A DNA stretch of 64,000 nt from Candidatus Aenigmatarchaeota archaeon (GCA_016198755.1 JACQIB010000001.1:32001-96000), one strand, 5' to 3'. Positions 46,811-56,385 are shown, counted from the first letter of the stretch. The notes: generated by a model from the letters alone, not told the origin. Translations and numbers: made by a program.

Positions 46811-47305
46811 ATGGTTTGGGCGAGAAGCAAAATTACAATACAGGACGACCTATTTCGTCCAAGGCCTAGGGTTACTTTGCACTATACTGGGCCGAATCCT
46901 GAAAAATTTTACTATGATTTTCCCAATATTATAGCAACAATATTCAGAATAAGCCATGAAAACATACAGGAAAGGAACTTTAAGTGGGAAAAGGGAGATC
47001 CCCTGAAATTCAGCGTAAAATGGGAAATGTTTTCTGATATAGACAAATATTCGCATTTCTATGTTTTGGTTTCTTTGGACGGAACCTCAAGCAAAGGCTT
47101 TGGAACAGCCACAGCAACTCTTGAAGCATATTTAAGGACAGAATACCCTCAGGATACTGTCTGGCATCGCAGTATAGTTTACGAGTTTGTCAGGATGTTT
47201 TGGCACTCTAGTTTTTATGCAGCCCGCCGCGAGCATTTGCTTATAGAAGGAAGGAGGCTGGCTGGACTAATGCTGGAAGAAGTAAAAAGGCTAATGCATA
47301 TGTGA
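46811..47305 (+). CDS. Hypothetical protein, paralogue A (start at MVWARS)
   Basis: Aligns by eye with the downstream gene. Confidence 0.75.
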   Translation: MVWARSKITIQDDLFRPRPRVTLHYTGPNPEKFYYDFPNIIATIFRISHENIQERNFKWEKGDPLKFSVKWEMFSDIDKYSHFYVLVSLDGTSSKGFGTATATLEAYLRTEYPQDTVWHRSIVYEFVRMFWHSSFYAARREHLLIEGRRLAGLMLEEVKRLMHM

Positions 47306-47310
47306 TTTTT

Positions 47311-47811
47311 ATGGCAGAATTAAAGGTGGAAATAAAATCAGATTTACTTCCAATAGACGAAGCAAAACTTATAGAATACAAGGGCGATCATCCGTCCAAA
47401 ATGCTTGGACAGATACCAGACTGGATAAGGGAAACACTGAGAGTTACAAGCTCAGACTTTTTTGAGGATGTTATAAAATGGGACCGCGCAGGCCCGACAC
47501 TGGAATTTTATGGTGAATGGAGAGGAAGATTCCCAAAAGATAGATACAGTACTTACTGGCTGTGGATAAGGCTGCATGGCTATCAGTCTGCCAAAGACCT
47601 TACAGGCACAGCGCATATAACAATAAAAGGCTGGCTAATGACAAAAATGACTTTCAATTCAGAACTTGAAAAAATGCTGCGCTGGCCTTTTCTAAAGTAT
47701 TTTTACATGGATCAGAGGAAGGTGTATGAAAGAGAGGGAAAAGAGAGGTTATTAGAATTGGAGAGCAGGTTCCGTTCTTTCCTCGGGCTTCCGGCAACCG
47801 CAGAGTTTTAG
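47311..47811 (+). CDS. Hypothetical protein, paralogue B (start at MAELK)
   Basis: KWD, DRYS, GTA.IT..G.L.T, FY...R....EG shared with paralogue A. Confidence 0.75.
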   Translation: MAELKVEIKSDLLPIDEAKLIEYKGDHPSKMLGQIPDWIRETLRVTSSDFFEDVIKWDRAGPTLEFYGEWRGRFPKDRYSTYWLWIRLHGYQSAKDLTGTAHITIKGWLMTKMTFNSELEKMLRWPFLKYFYMDQRKVYEREGKERLLELESRFRSFLGLPATAEF

Positions 47812-48177
47812 GTGGAACAAATGAGTATAATAGATGCAATAAGGAAAAAAGTAGGTCAGCCTTTGCCTGAACAAACAGAAGAATCAGAAGATAAATCCCT
47901 TCCAGATGATTTAGAACCCTTTAAGCTCCCTCCACCACCAGCTCCAAAACCAGCCGAACCTCTATCAATTCCCGAAGCTCTACCCCCCACTCTCCCGCCT
48001 CCAATCCGCCGCTCTGGAGCAGGAAAAAGCTATATTCCGCCAGAGTACGAATCTCTGGTTTCCGGCCCTTCTAATCAAGAGCCTGCACTAGCAGGAGATA
48101 AAGTAGAATTAATTCTCCAAAAATTGGAAACAATTGACGCACGCTTAAGGTTTATAGAAGAAAGGCTGCGGCGCTAA
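47812..48177 (+). CDS. Pro-rich disordered protein with C-terminal coiled coil
   Basis: PPPPAPKP; VELILQKLETIDARLRFIEERL. Confidence 0.7.
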   Translation: MEQMSIIDAIRKKVGQPLPEQTEESEDKSLPDDLEPFKLPPPPAPKPAEPLSIPEALPPTLPPPIRRSGAGKSYIPPEYESLVSGPSNQEPALAGDKVELILQKLETIDARLRFIEERLRR

Positions 48178-48788
48178 AGAGTAACAGGTTCTAACTGCGG
48201 TGCTGTAACCAACATTTCAGCTTCATGCGCTTGGAAAGCCCCAGGGTTCAATACAACACACATAACTTTGCCACTTACAGTTGCTCGGTCTGCCAATTCA
48301 CCCAAAACCCTTGTTGTAGTGTTCATTCCAATACCAGAATACATAAGCTCAACCACCCCAGGTCCAATAAGCGTATGACGAGGTGATGATGCATTTAGCT
48401 CCTGAACCATATGTGTAGGATTCAGGGCAGAAAGGGCTGCTACTTTTCTCGGCTTAAATGCACTGCCCTTTATAGAATTTCTATCAAATTTTGAATCAAC
48501 AGATCCGCTAATATGGTAGAGATTTGTAATACCTTCAAAAGCTGCTGAATGCTCAGCATGATTATCATCTCTGGGTACAACATTATCCAATAGTTCTATA
48601 GCCACGGAAGGGTTCCTTGTAAGATAAGAAAAATTTAGTTCTTTATGCGGAGTTTGTCTATTATAGAGTAGATTATCTACCCAGCTCAGAAATTTCAACT
48701 GTGCATATCTTGCACCGTCTGGGGTATTGGTCTTTGCAACATACGATCTTGAGGGCTTCAAATCAGGTCCATCAGTAGTGTTAGACAT
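48174..48788 (-). CDS. DUF835-like (inactive RecA/KaiC-fold) protein
   Basis: YLTRNP, GVVELM, VVLNPGAF..HEAEML. Confidence 0.5.
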   Translation of the reverse strand: MSNTTDGPDLKPSRSYVAKTNTPDGARYAQLKFLSWVDNLLYNRQTPHKELNFSYLTRNPSVAIELLDNVVPRDDNHAEHSAAFEGITNLYHISGSVDSKFDRNSIKGSAFKPRKVAALSALNPTHMVQELNASSPRHTLIGPGVVELMYSGIGMNTTTRVLGELADRATVSGKVMCVVLNPGAFQAHEAEMLVTAPQLEPVTL

Positions 48789-48798
48789 ACATAATTAT

Positions 48799-48819
48799 TA
48801 CTACTAAGTAGTATATAAA
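48799..48819 (-). promoter_or_regulatory. TATA box plus TACTAC-N3-GTAGTA palindrome
   Basis: Minus strand TTTATA-TACTAC-TTA-GTAGTA, 10 nt before the ATG. Confidence 0.7.
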
Positions 48820-48820
48820 A

Positions 48821-49474
48821 CTATGCCCTTGCTGCAATGGCAGGAAGCAAAAGCCTCTGGCTTGGATGTTGTTGCCACAATTCTTCTAAATGCCCAACTC
48901 CAACAAACTCTATTTCTGCAGCGCGCGCAGCTAATCTATCCCCATCCCTGTCACCCACGGCAACAATTCTTGCCATCGGAAAATCAGCTACAACCCTTCC
49001 AAACAAATATGCTTTGTACGCTGGTATCTGTTCAGGTAATACATCATCCCTTCCAACCCCTGCAGGCAATGCATCATCCAGAACACTATAAACCTTTTCA
49101 AACTTCCCTTCCAGCTTCGCAGCTTTTAAGTATTCTCCAATAAGGCTGCGCCTAGAAGTTGAAACAAGAACGCTATTTCCTCTTCCAACCCTCCTCAGAG
49201 CAGTTTCTATCCCAGGCATAGCCCTTACATACTTCGGAATTTCTTTCCTCTGAAGCGTTTCCAGAGTTTCCAAAGCCCCTGCTGTTGGAGTAAAATCAGG
49301 CATAAGAACACGCATTCTTGCTATCCAGCCATATCCAGCTTTTTCAATCTGCTCCGGAGTAACTCTTTCAGAATACCCAGCCCCCTCCAGATATCTATTG
49401 AAAGCTGCGGCTCTTGCCACATCAGAGCCTGTAATCAGAGTCCCTTTCAAATCCCATGCAACAACTGTGTCCAT
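48821..49474 (-). CDS. HAD-fold protein with degenerate motif I
   Basis: WDLKGTL, VST, VGDRDGD. Confidence 0.75.
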   Translation of the reverse strand: MDTVVAWDLKGTLITGSDVARAAAFNRYLEGAGYSERVTPEQIEKAGYGWIARMRVLMPDFTPTAGALETLETLQRKEIPKYVRAMPGIETALRRVGRGNSVLVSTSRRSLIGEYLKAAKLEGKFEKVYSVLDDALPAGVGRDDVLPEQIPAYKAYLFGRVVADFPMARIVAVGDRDGDRLAARAAEIEFVGVGHLEELWQQHPSQRLLLPAIAARA

Positions 49475-49533
49475 TTTAATCTTAAGCAGAAAGACTGTTT
49501 ATAAACCTTTAGAACTGCAAATCTGAATCCTGC

Positions 49534-50463
49534 TTAATAATCTTCCCTGACTTTTTTCTCTATTTCTTCCCCTATTCCCAGAGTTTCAACAAGTTCCTTG
49601 AACCTGTTCCTTATTGTAACTTCTGTAACTCCAATAGCATCTGCAATTTCCCTCTGAGTCCTTTTCTCTCCCTCAAGAACAGCAGCAATATACAAAGCTG
49701 CAGCAGCAACTCCTGTAGGCCCCTTACCTGAAGTAACCTCATTTTTTTTAGCCTCTTTCAAAAACTGTATTGCTTTGGCCTGAACTTTATCTGAAAGCCC
49801 AAGCATGCTTGCAAACCTTGGAACATAATGCTGAGGCGGTGCAGGCAAAATCCTTATTTTCAACTCCCTTGATATGTACCTGTATGTCCTTCCTATTTCC
49901 CTCCTTTCTACCCCAGAAGCTTCTGCTATCTCTTCCAGAGTTCTTGGAGATCCAAGTTCCCTACAAACAGCATACAAAAGAGCAGCAATAACAGATTCCA
50001 TTGATCTCCCTCTAACCAACCCTCTGTCAACAGCCTGTTCATACTTTTTAGCAACCTCTTCGTGTATAGACCTCGGCAGTCCAAGGAAAGAAACAAGCCT
50101 CTGTAATTCTGAAAGAGCGAAGGAAAGATTCCTGTCTTTGCTTTCTACAAGCCTTTTCTGCCAGATTTTCAGCCTGTGATACTGGGCTCTTTTGCTTGGA
50201 GCCACACGGAACAATTCTCCCTTACCCCTTCCTATTTCCGTTGCCATTCCCTTGTCATGTTTAGTGTGAGTTAACGGAGCCCCAGCTCTTGTCCTCTTCC
50301 CCCTTTGATCATCATCAAAAGCTCTCCATTCAGGACTTGAATCTATCATTCCCTGCTCCAGAACCATTCCGCACTTCCCGCAAACCCTCTCTCCTCTAGA
50401 ACTGTCATCATAAAAAACTGTGCATTTGCACTCAGGACAAACCTCTGCTTTTTTACCAGCCAT
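49534..50463 (-). CDS. tfb: Transcription initiation factor IIB
   Basis: CPEC..CGKCG zinc ribbon, PEWRAF, RGRS, GVTEVTIRNR. Confidence 0.97.
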   Translation of the reverse strand: MAGKKAEVCPECKCTVFYDDSSRGERVCGKCGMVLEQGMIDSSPEWRAFDDDQRGKRTRAGAPLTHTKHDKGMATEIGRGKGELFRVAPSKRAQYHRLKIWQKRLVESKDRNLSFALSELQRLVSFLGLPRSIHEEVAKKYEQAVDRGLVRGRSMESVIAALLYAVCRELGSPRTLEEIAEASGVERREIGRTYRYISRELKIRILPAPPQHYVPRFASMLGLSDKVQAKAIQFLKEAKKNEVTSGKGPTGVAAAALYIAAVLEGEKRTQREIADAIGVTEVTIRNRFKELVETLGIGEEIEKKVREDY

Positions 50464-50519
50464 TATATCACTTTAAATACTTATCACTTTAATGTAGCAA
50501 TACCAACTCCTACACAAAC

Positions 50520-50786
50520 CTATAAATAGTTTTCTACCCTTTTAAAGGCATCCTTTTTCTCATGCTTCAAAATACCCTTAATTTCCCTTAAAAGCCCTGA
50601 AAGAAACCTTTCATGGAATTTTTCAGGCACCCACCATCTTCCACGATAACAGTTCCCGCAGACTGTCCTGAAAACAATATGATTATGTTCGAAAGTTTTA
50701 AGGGTTCTTATCTCAGAAGTAAAAATAAGTTTCTCACACATATCGCATTTGTGGCTGCGAACATTAAAAACATCCCCTTTTTTCAT
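50520..50786 (-). CDS. Small zinc-finger hypothetical protein
   Basis: CDMC...CGNC. Confidence 0.6.
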   Translation of the reverse strand: MKKGDVFNVRSHKCDMCEKLIFTSEIRTLKTFEHNHIVFRTVCGNCYRGRWWVPEKFHERFLSGLLREIKGILKHEKKDAFKRVENYL

Positions 50787-50873
50787 AAAAATCTCAAAGT
50801 TCTATGCAGAGCTTAAATTTAAGCTTTCTGGCCCAGCTTTAAGTCCTTCCAGAGGAGAAAATCTACGAGCAGA

Positions 50874-51551
50874 ATGATAGATTTTGACAAACTTATAGAC
50901 AACCACCTTTTCAGGGAGCACAGGCCCAAGAAAATAGGCAGTTACTACCCCTCAGAAATAGGCGGATGTTTAAGAAAGCTCTATTATTCTTACAAATATC
51001 CAATACCAATACAGCCTGAGCTTGTAAAGATTTTTGAGGTTGGAAATATTGTGCATAACTTTATAGCAGAAGTGATGAGGTCTGAAAAAAACAATCATGT
51101 TCAGCTGCTGGATTCTGAGCTTCCGTTCAAGATTGAACTGAACGGGTTTGTGATTTCAGGCAGGATAGATGATTTGCTCCTGATAAAAGAATCCGGAAAA
51201 AAATTACTTGTAGAGGTAAAATCCACTTCCAGAGTCGATTCTACAGACGAAGCCCAGCCCCATCATGTAATGCAGCTCCAGCTCTATATGCATGCTATCG
51301 GTGTAAAAGACGGGGCTGTTTTATATGTTGAGAAAAACACACTGAAAACAAGAGCCTTTCCCATAGAGTACCACGAAGGCATAGCAGCTGAGGCTCTGAA
51401 CAGGTTTAATATGCTTCACAATTCATTGAAAGATGAAAAAACCCCCTCTCCTGAAGCAAGAAAAGACCATGAAAAATTATGGATGTGCTCCCACTGCGAT
51501 TACAAAGATCGCTGTTTCAGGGAAACTCCAGACTCTGAGCTGGGTAAGTAG
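50874..51551 (+). CDS. Solo Cas4-like PD-(D/E)XK nuclease with Fe-S cysteines
   Basis: PSEIGGC.RK, GRIDD, EVKS, QLQLY, CSHCDYKDRC. Confidence 0.85.
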   Translation: MIDFDKLIDNHLFREHRPKKIGSYYPSEIGGCLRKLYYSYKYPIPIQPELVKIFEVGNIVHNFIAEVMRSEKNNHVQLLDSELPFKIELNGFVISGRIDDLLLIKESGKKLLVEVKSTSRVDSTDEAQPHHVMQLQLYMHAIGVKDGAVLYVEKNTLKTRAFPIEYHEGIAAEALNRFNMLHNSLKDEKTPSPEARKDHEKLWMCSHCDYKDRCFRETPDSELGK

Positions 51552-51581
51552 CTTTTTATTCAAAGCCAGCAAAGAATTGCT

Positions 51582-51791
51582 ATGGCTATACCTTTGGCAG
51601 CAATAGAGCGCGTTTCAAAGAAAGCTGGTGTACACAGAATTTCTTACCCAGCTTTAAAAGAACTGCAAAGGCTTTTGGATGAACTTGGGCTTGAACTGGC
51701 TTTAGAAGCAGCGCAGGTTGCAAGGCACGCTCACAGGAAAACAATAATGAAGAATGACATAAAACTGGTATCCAGAAAGCCGCAATCTTAG
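51582..51791 (+). CDS. Archaeal histone
   Basis: IPLAAIER..KKAG..RIS, ARHAHRKTI...DI. Confidence 0.92.
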   Translation: MAIPLAAIERVSKKAGVHRISYPALKELQRLLDELGLELALEAAQVARHAHRKTIMKNDIKLVSRKPQS

Positions 51792-52486
51792 AACTCCATT
51801 TCCAATGTAGCTACACCACTGTCAGGAACCCTTTCTTTATACCCTTTCATATAGTGTTCTGCAAATTCCCTGTCAAATGCCAAACCTAGCAAGTCTGTTA
51901 TACCTGCAGGGTTTCCAAGTGCTGGCACAACCTCCCCTGCCAGTTCTCTTGGAAAGAACATAGAAGCTCCAAAAAATGCATTCCTACCTACATCATCTTT
52001 TCCATGAGTTCCAAATACATTTGCATAGCAGGCTGGCTGTTCCAGTCTGGAATCCCTGCTGGGTTTTGCAAAACTTCCCAACTTTCTCTCTGTAGTGCCA
52101 TAAACAGCAAGAATAGGTGCGTTTGGTCTGGGATGTATAAACTCTCCTTCAGGCGTTCTAATTATTGGATAACCCCCTCTGCTTGAAACTATTGCATCAG
52201 AGGTCCCAGCCTGAGTTCTATATGCAGCTTTCTTTTCCCCAGTAATCATCAGTCCAGGAGCATACTTTCCAACTTCAAATATTGAGTGTTCTTCTCTCGC
52301 AACTTCAATCCCAGGTCCAGCTCGTGTAAGTCCTTCCTTACGCGCACAATCATCATTAGAAACAACATATCTGGGAGAAAATGTCAAAGCTTCCTGTATA
52401 GGAGGCATATTAAGCCCAACTGAGTTGTTACTCGGAACAATCCCAACACCTTCAGATTTATTCCTTCGAGACCAAGGGAAGAACAT
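51788..52486 (-). CDS. Hypothetical protein, 232 aa
   Basis: Long ORF with TATA plus palindrome promoter. Confidence 0.65.
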   Translation of the reverse strand: MFFPWSRRNKSEGVGIVPSNNSVGLNMPPIQEALTFSPRYVVSNDDCARKEGLTRAGPGIEVAREEHSIFEVGKYAPGLMITGEKKAAYRTQAGTSDAIVSSRGGYPIIRTPEGEFIHPRPNAPILAVYGTTERKLGSFAKPSRDSRLEQPACYANVFGTHGKDDVGRNAFFGASMFFPRELAGEVVPALGNPAGITDLLGLAFDREFAEHYMKGYKERVPDSGVATLEMEF

Positions 52487-52495
52487 ATATATTAC

Positions 52496-52516
52496 TACTA
52501 CTAAGTAGTATATAAA
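52496..52516 (-). promoter_or_regulatory. TATA box plus TACTAC-N3-GTAGTA palindrome
   Basis: 21-mer identical to 48799-48819. Confidence 0.7.
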
Positions 52517-52556
52517 TCTACCTGCCTATATAAACCAGCCTAGGAAAATTGTTTGT

Positions 52557-53918
52557 ATGCCCCAGAAACTGAAAAAAGAACTCACACTTTTCACAGCCAC
52601 TCTCTACGGAGTAGGCATTATTTTAGGCGCGGGAATTTACGTGCTAATAGGGCAGGGCGCTGCAATTGCAGGAAATGCTGTATGGTTATCATTTATTTTC
52701 TCTGCTATACTTGCCATTTTTACTGGCCTGAGTTATGCAGAACTTTCAGGCATGTTCCAGAAAGATGCAGCAGAGTATGTGTATACAAACAAAGCTTTCA
52801 AAAAACCTCCAATAGCCTTTGCTGTCCAGTGGATAATGCTTTTTGCAATAATAGTCAGTGCAACAGCTGTTGCAGTCGGCTTTGGAAGCTATTTTTCAGC
52901 GTTATTCAACTTCCAATCTGTTAGTATTTTAGGCGCAGAAATACCTGCCAGCATACCTGTTGCAGCAGCCCTGCTTCTTGCAATGTCTATCCTGAACTAT
53001 ATTGGAATAAGGGAATCAACCAAATACAATATAGTTTCAACTCTAATAGAGAGCAGCGGGCTAATAATTATAATAGCTATAGGCGCGCTTTTCTTTGGTA
53101 AAACTAGTATAGATTATTTTTCTTCCCCAGCAGGAATCCCATCAATTCTTTCAGCAGCAGCTTTGATTTTCTTTGCCTATATTGGCTTTGAGGATCTTGT
53201 AAATTTCTCAGAGGAAACAAAGAACGCGAGAAAAACAATACCGCGCGCCCTTGTACTTTCTATAATAATATCCACAATTCTCTATATTCTGGTTTCTATA
53301 GCTTCTATTACTGTAATTGGTTCAGATGCACTTGCCAGTTCAAAAGCCCCGCTCTCTTCTGTAATGGATGCCGCTTTCCCAAACACTGGTTTTATACTCT
53401 CGATAATAGCTCTTTTCGCAACTTCTAACACTGTTTTGGCGCTGTTAATAGTAGCCTCAAGAATGCTGTATGGTCTTGGCTGTAACAAAATATTGCCTAG
53501 TGTATGTGCAAAAGTTGGAAAGAACGGGACACCCTATATTTCTATAATAGTTGTTATGTTCCTTTCCCTTGCAGCCCTTTTACTCGGAGGTATAAAATCA
53601 ATTGCCTCCTTAACAGACATAGGTATTTTCACAGTGTATATTTTCGTGAATTCGGCCCTGATTTTCCTGCGCTACAGGCTTCCAAATGCACCCCGCACTT
53701 TCCGTTCCCCTATAAACATAGGCAAGTTTCCAGTTCTCGCTCTTTTAGGAATATTAAGCTCAATTCTAATGCTATTCCATTTTGAGTTCAGTATAATGGT
53801 TTACGAGATTGTAATAATAGCTGTTGGAATAATATTCTATCTAAGCATGAAAAAGGCCGGAAAAATCAGCAGCTCATTGCACTGGGGTAGAAAGAAAGCA
53901 TTAAAACACATACCCTAA
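52557..53918 (+). CDS. APC-family amino acid permease
   Basis: GIILGAGIY, SYAEL, FAYIGFE, EETKN, about 12 TM. Confidence 0.92.
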   Translation: MPQKLKKELTLFTATLYGVGIILGAGIYVLIGQGAAIAGNAVWLSFIFSAILAIFTGLSYAELSGMFQKDAAEYVYTNKAFKKPPIAFAVQWIMLFAIIVSATAVAVGFGSYFSALFNFQSVSILGAEIPASIPVAAALLLAMSILNYIGIRESTKYNIVSTLIESSGLIIIIAIGALFFGKTSIDYFSSPAGIPSILSAAALIFFAYIGFEDLVNFSEETKNARKTIPRALVLSIIISTILYILVSIASITVIGSDALASSKAPLSSVMDAAFPNTGFILSIIALFATSNTVLALLIVASRMLYGLGCNKILPSVCAKVGKNGTPYISIIVVMFLSLAALLLGGIKSIASLTDIGIFTVYIFVNSALIFLRYRLPNAPRTFRSPINIGKFPVLALLGILSSILMLFHFEFSIMVYEIVIIAVGIIFYLSMKKAGKISSSLHWGRKKALKHIP

Positions 53919-54262
53919 CCGCTGAAATTTGAGCATTCTGTGCATGGAGCCTTTAAACAATTTTCTGCAGCAAATCTGTGTTTTACACCCCATTTCTTAA
54001 ATTCCATAACAATACCCTGCAGTTCTTTGCCCTTTTCTGTCAGAGAATAAACATCGGTTTCTCTGGCTTTTGATAATTTCCTGATAAGTCCGGATTTCTC
54101 AAGTTCCCTAAGCCTCATGGAAAGAATTCTTGGCGTCATATCTTTCGATCTTCCTAAGAACCTGTTAAAACCATCGAATTTACCATATGCAATCTCTTCG
54201 AACACTGGAAGCGACCATTTCTTCCCGAAAATATGTGTAAGTCCTGAAATCATACAACCCAT
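53915..54262 (-). CDS. HxlR-family transcriptional regulator
   Basis: GKKWSL, TPRILSMRLRELE, YSLTEKG; N- and C-terminal Cys. Confidence 0.88.
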   Translation of the reverse strand: MGCMISGLTHIFGKKWSLPVFEEIAYGKFDGFNRFLGRSKDMTPRILSMRLRELEKSGLIRKLSKARETDVYSLTEKGKELQGIVMEFKKWGVKHRFAAENCLKAPCTECSNFSG

Positions 54263-54301
54263 GCAATAACCCTATATAAATGTATACCAACCTCAATTTA
54301 A

Positions 54302-54706
54302 ATGTATTATGGAAGTGTTATAATTATGGCTTTTTACAAGTGGGTTCTGTTAGCAGGAGTTATTGTTATTGCTGTGGCTTCTATAGCCCTTGTTTTCGGC
54401 GGCGTAACACCCACAGCTAACGCATCCCTATATGATGATTTTGCAAAATGTTTGAATGAAAAAGGAGTTAAAATGTACGGGGCATTCTGGTGTTCCCACT
54501 GTAACAACCAAAAAGCACTTTTCGGAAGCAGCTGGAGTTACATGAACTATATAGAATGCTCAAATGCAGACAGCAGCCAGAATAAAGTCTGCTCTGAAGC
54601 AGGCATAACAGGCTATCCAACATGGGAACTTCCAAACGGGCAGAGAATGCAGGGCGAGCTCACACTCGATCAATTGAGCAAGCTTTCCAACTGTACTTTA
54701 AGGTAA
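54302..54706 (+). CDS. Membrane-anchored thioredoxin-fold protein
   Basis: MYGAFWCSHC..QK.LFG, GYPTW. Confidence 0.85.
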   Translation: MYYGSVIIMAFYKWVLLAGVIVIAVASIALVFGGVTPTANASLYDDFAKCLNEKGVKMYGAFWCSHCNNQKALFGSSWSYMNYIECSNADSSQNKVCSEAGITGYPTWELPNGQRMQGELTLDQLSKLSNCTLR

Positions 54707-54710
54707 TGAT

Positions 54711-55316
54711 ATGGAAACCACGAAAATAATTTTTTTATCCATTATTTTTGGCGCTTTAGCTGGCGCTGCTGTAGCTTTCTCTATTTTAAGTTTTCCATCC
54801 CAACCCAGCCAGAATGAGCTGATAAAGGATTTCTATTTAACAGAGAATGCGGCCCATTTTTCCCCCCACTCTCTCAGGAAAATGATGGATAAAGGGGATA
54901 CAGGCTTTATTTTAGTGGATTTGCGCAGCCAAGAGGAGTATGAAAAAGAACACATTATTGGGGCAGTAAGCATACCAGCCTATAAAGATAAGGACACTTC
55001 AGACTATGGTGCAGTGGACAGGATTGTGGGGAATTTTTCATCCCTCCCAAAAAACAAGGATATAATTGTTTATTGTTATAGCATCCCCTGCATGACAGGG
55101 AGGAAGGTTGGAAAAATTCTTGCTGAACATGATATATTTGTAAAGCAGCTGGGAATCGGCTGGAACGAATGGAGGTATGACTGGACTGGCTGGAACCATG
55201 AACACGAATGGAACATAACAAATGTTTCAAATTATGTTTTCTCCGGCCCAGAGCCAGGAATTCCAAAGAAATCCAATAGCACAGCCTGTCCAATAGAAGG
55301 CCAGTTAGGCTGCTAA
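54711..55316 (+). CDS. Exported rhodanese-domain protein
   Basis: VDLRS.EEY..EHIIGA, VYCYS..C, signal anchor. Confidence 0.85.
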   Translation: METTKIIFLSIIFGALAGAAVAFSILSFPSQPSQNELIKDFYLTENAAHFSPHSLRKMMDKGDTGFILVDLRSQEEYEKEHIIGAVSIPAYKDKDTSDYGAVDRIVGNFSSLPKNKDIIVYCYSIPCMTGRKVGKILAEHDIFVKQLGIGWNEWRYDWTGWNHEHEWNITNVSNYVFSGPEPGIPKKSNSTACPIEGQLGC

Positions 55317-55343
55317 AAACCTTTATATCTTCGCTCAGCGTTA

Positions 55344-55742
55344 ATGGTGCGCATGGAAACACGCACTGCAATTAAAACCCTGAAAGAGGGAAAGTATTGT
55401 GTTCTTGACGGGGAGCCCTGCAAAGTTTTAGATGTTACAATTTCTGCTTCAGGTAAGCATGGTGCAGCAAAAGTAAGGCTGGAAGTTATCGGTATTTTTG
55501 ATAATAGAAGGAGATCCATAGTAAAACCTGCTGACACTGAAGTTGAGGTTCCTATAATAGAAAAGAAGACTGGGCAGGTTGTAGCCATAACTCCAGACTC
55601 AGCCCAGATAATGGATCTTGAGAACTATGAAACTTTTGAAAGCCCAATACCCGAAGAATTAAAGGGAAAACTGCAGCAGGGTGGAGAAGTGCAGTATTGG
55701 ATACTTACAGGAAAGAAAATGCTTGTTTCAGCGCGCAATTAA
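55344..55742 (+). CDS. eif5a: Translation factor aIF5A
   Basis: SGKHGAAK hypusine loop, QIMDLENYET. Confidence 0.95.
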   Translation: MVRMETRTAIKTLKEGKYCVLDGEPCKVLDVTISASGKHGAAKVRLEVIGIFDNRRRSIVKPADTEVEVPIIEKKTGQVVAITPDSAQIMDLENYETFESPIPEELKGKLQQGGEVQYWILTGKKMLVSARN

Positions 55743-55983
55743 TTTCTATATTTTTAGAAAAATCCAATTAACATTATAGCTCAACAAAAGCCCACGACAA
55801 ATGCCGTAAGCAGAAAAATTTACTTCTCCCGTATAACCTTGAGCTTCTCAGAGCCGGACTTTATCTCTGAAAATGCCCTATCGTAATCATCTACCATATT
55901 TACTCACTCAGTAGAGTAAATATTACGTCCTATACCTTTATAAAGCTTTCCGCGTTGACAAACCCTATATTATAGTGTCAACT

Positions 55984-56385
55984 CTATTTTAGAATAGAAA
56001 GCCCAGTCCAGAGCTTGTTTGCATCCATGTTCTCTGCTCCGGGAAAGGGCAAAAGGTTCACGAAAATAAGTATAGCAAAAATAACTGAAAATAGTGCAAC
56101 CTCCTCATGTCTTTCTATCCATGGACCAGCAGCAATAAAAAGAAGGAAAATAGTTGGAAGTATTGTTGCCCCAATGATAACAAGCATATCCTGCCCAACA
56201 ATGCCGCCCAAATGCTTAACACCTATGCTCATACCTAAAATGCCGGAGGTTGAAGACTGGCTGCCTATAACAAAACTCGGGCCCAAGTTAAGTGCATATG
56301 CAACAGCATAATGTCCAAATTCATGAAGGAGAACATAACTTGCTGCTGCAAGAAGAATTACAGCAATTTTAATAGCAAACCCCAT
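55984..56385 (-). CDS. Small M50-like membrane metalloprotease
   Basis: LHEFGH and NLLP....MD. Confidence 0.7.
   Translation of the reverse strand: MGFAIKIAVILLAAASYVLLHEFGHYAVAYALNLGPSFVIGSQSSTSGILGMSIGVKHLGGIVGQDMLVIIGATILPTIFLLFIAAGPWIERHEEVALFSVIFAILIFVNLLPFPGAENMDANKLWTGLSILK

Noticed and set aside
50874-51551. CRISPR-Cas locus
   Set aside because: No array, cas1, cas2 or effector genes seen in the window
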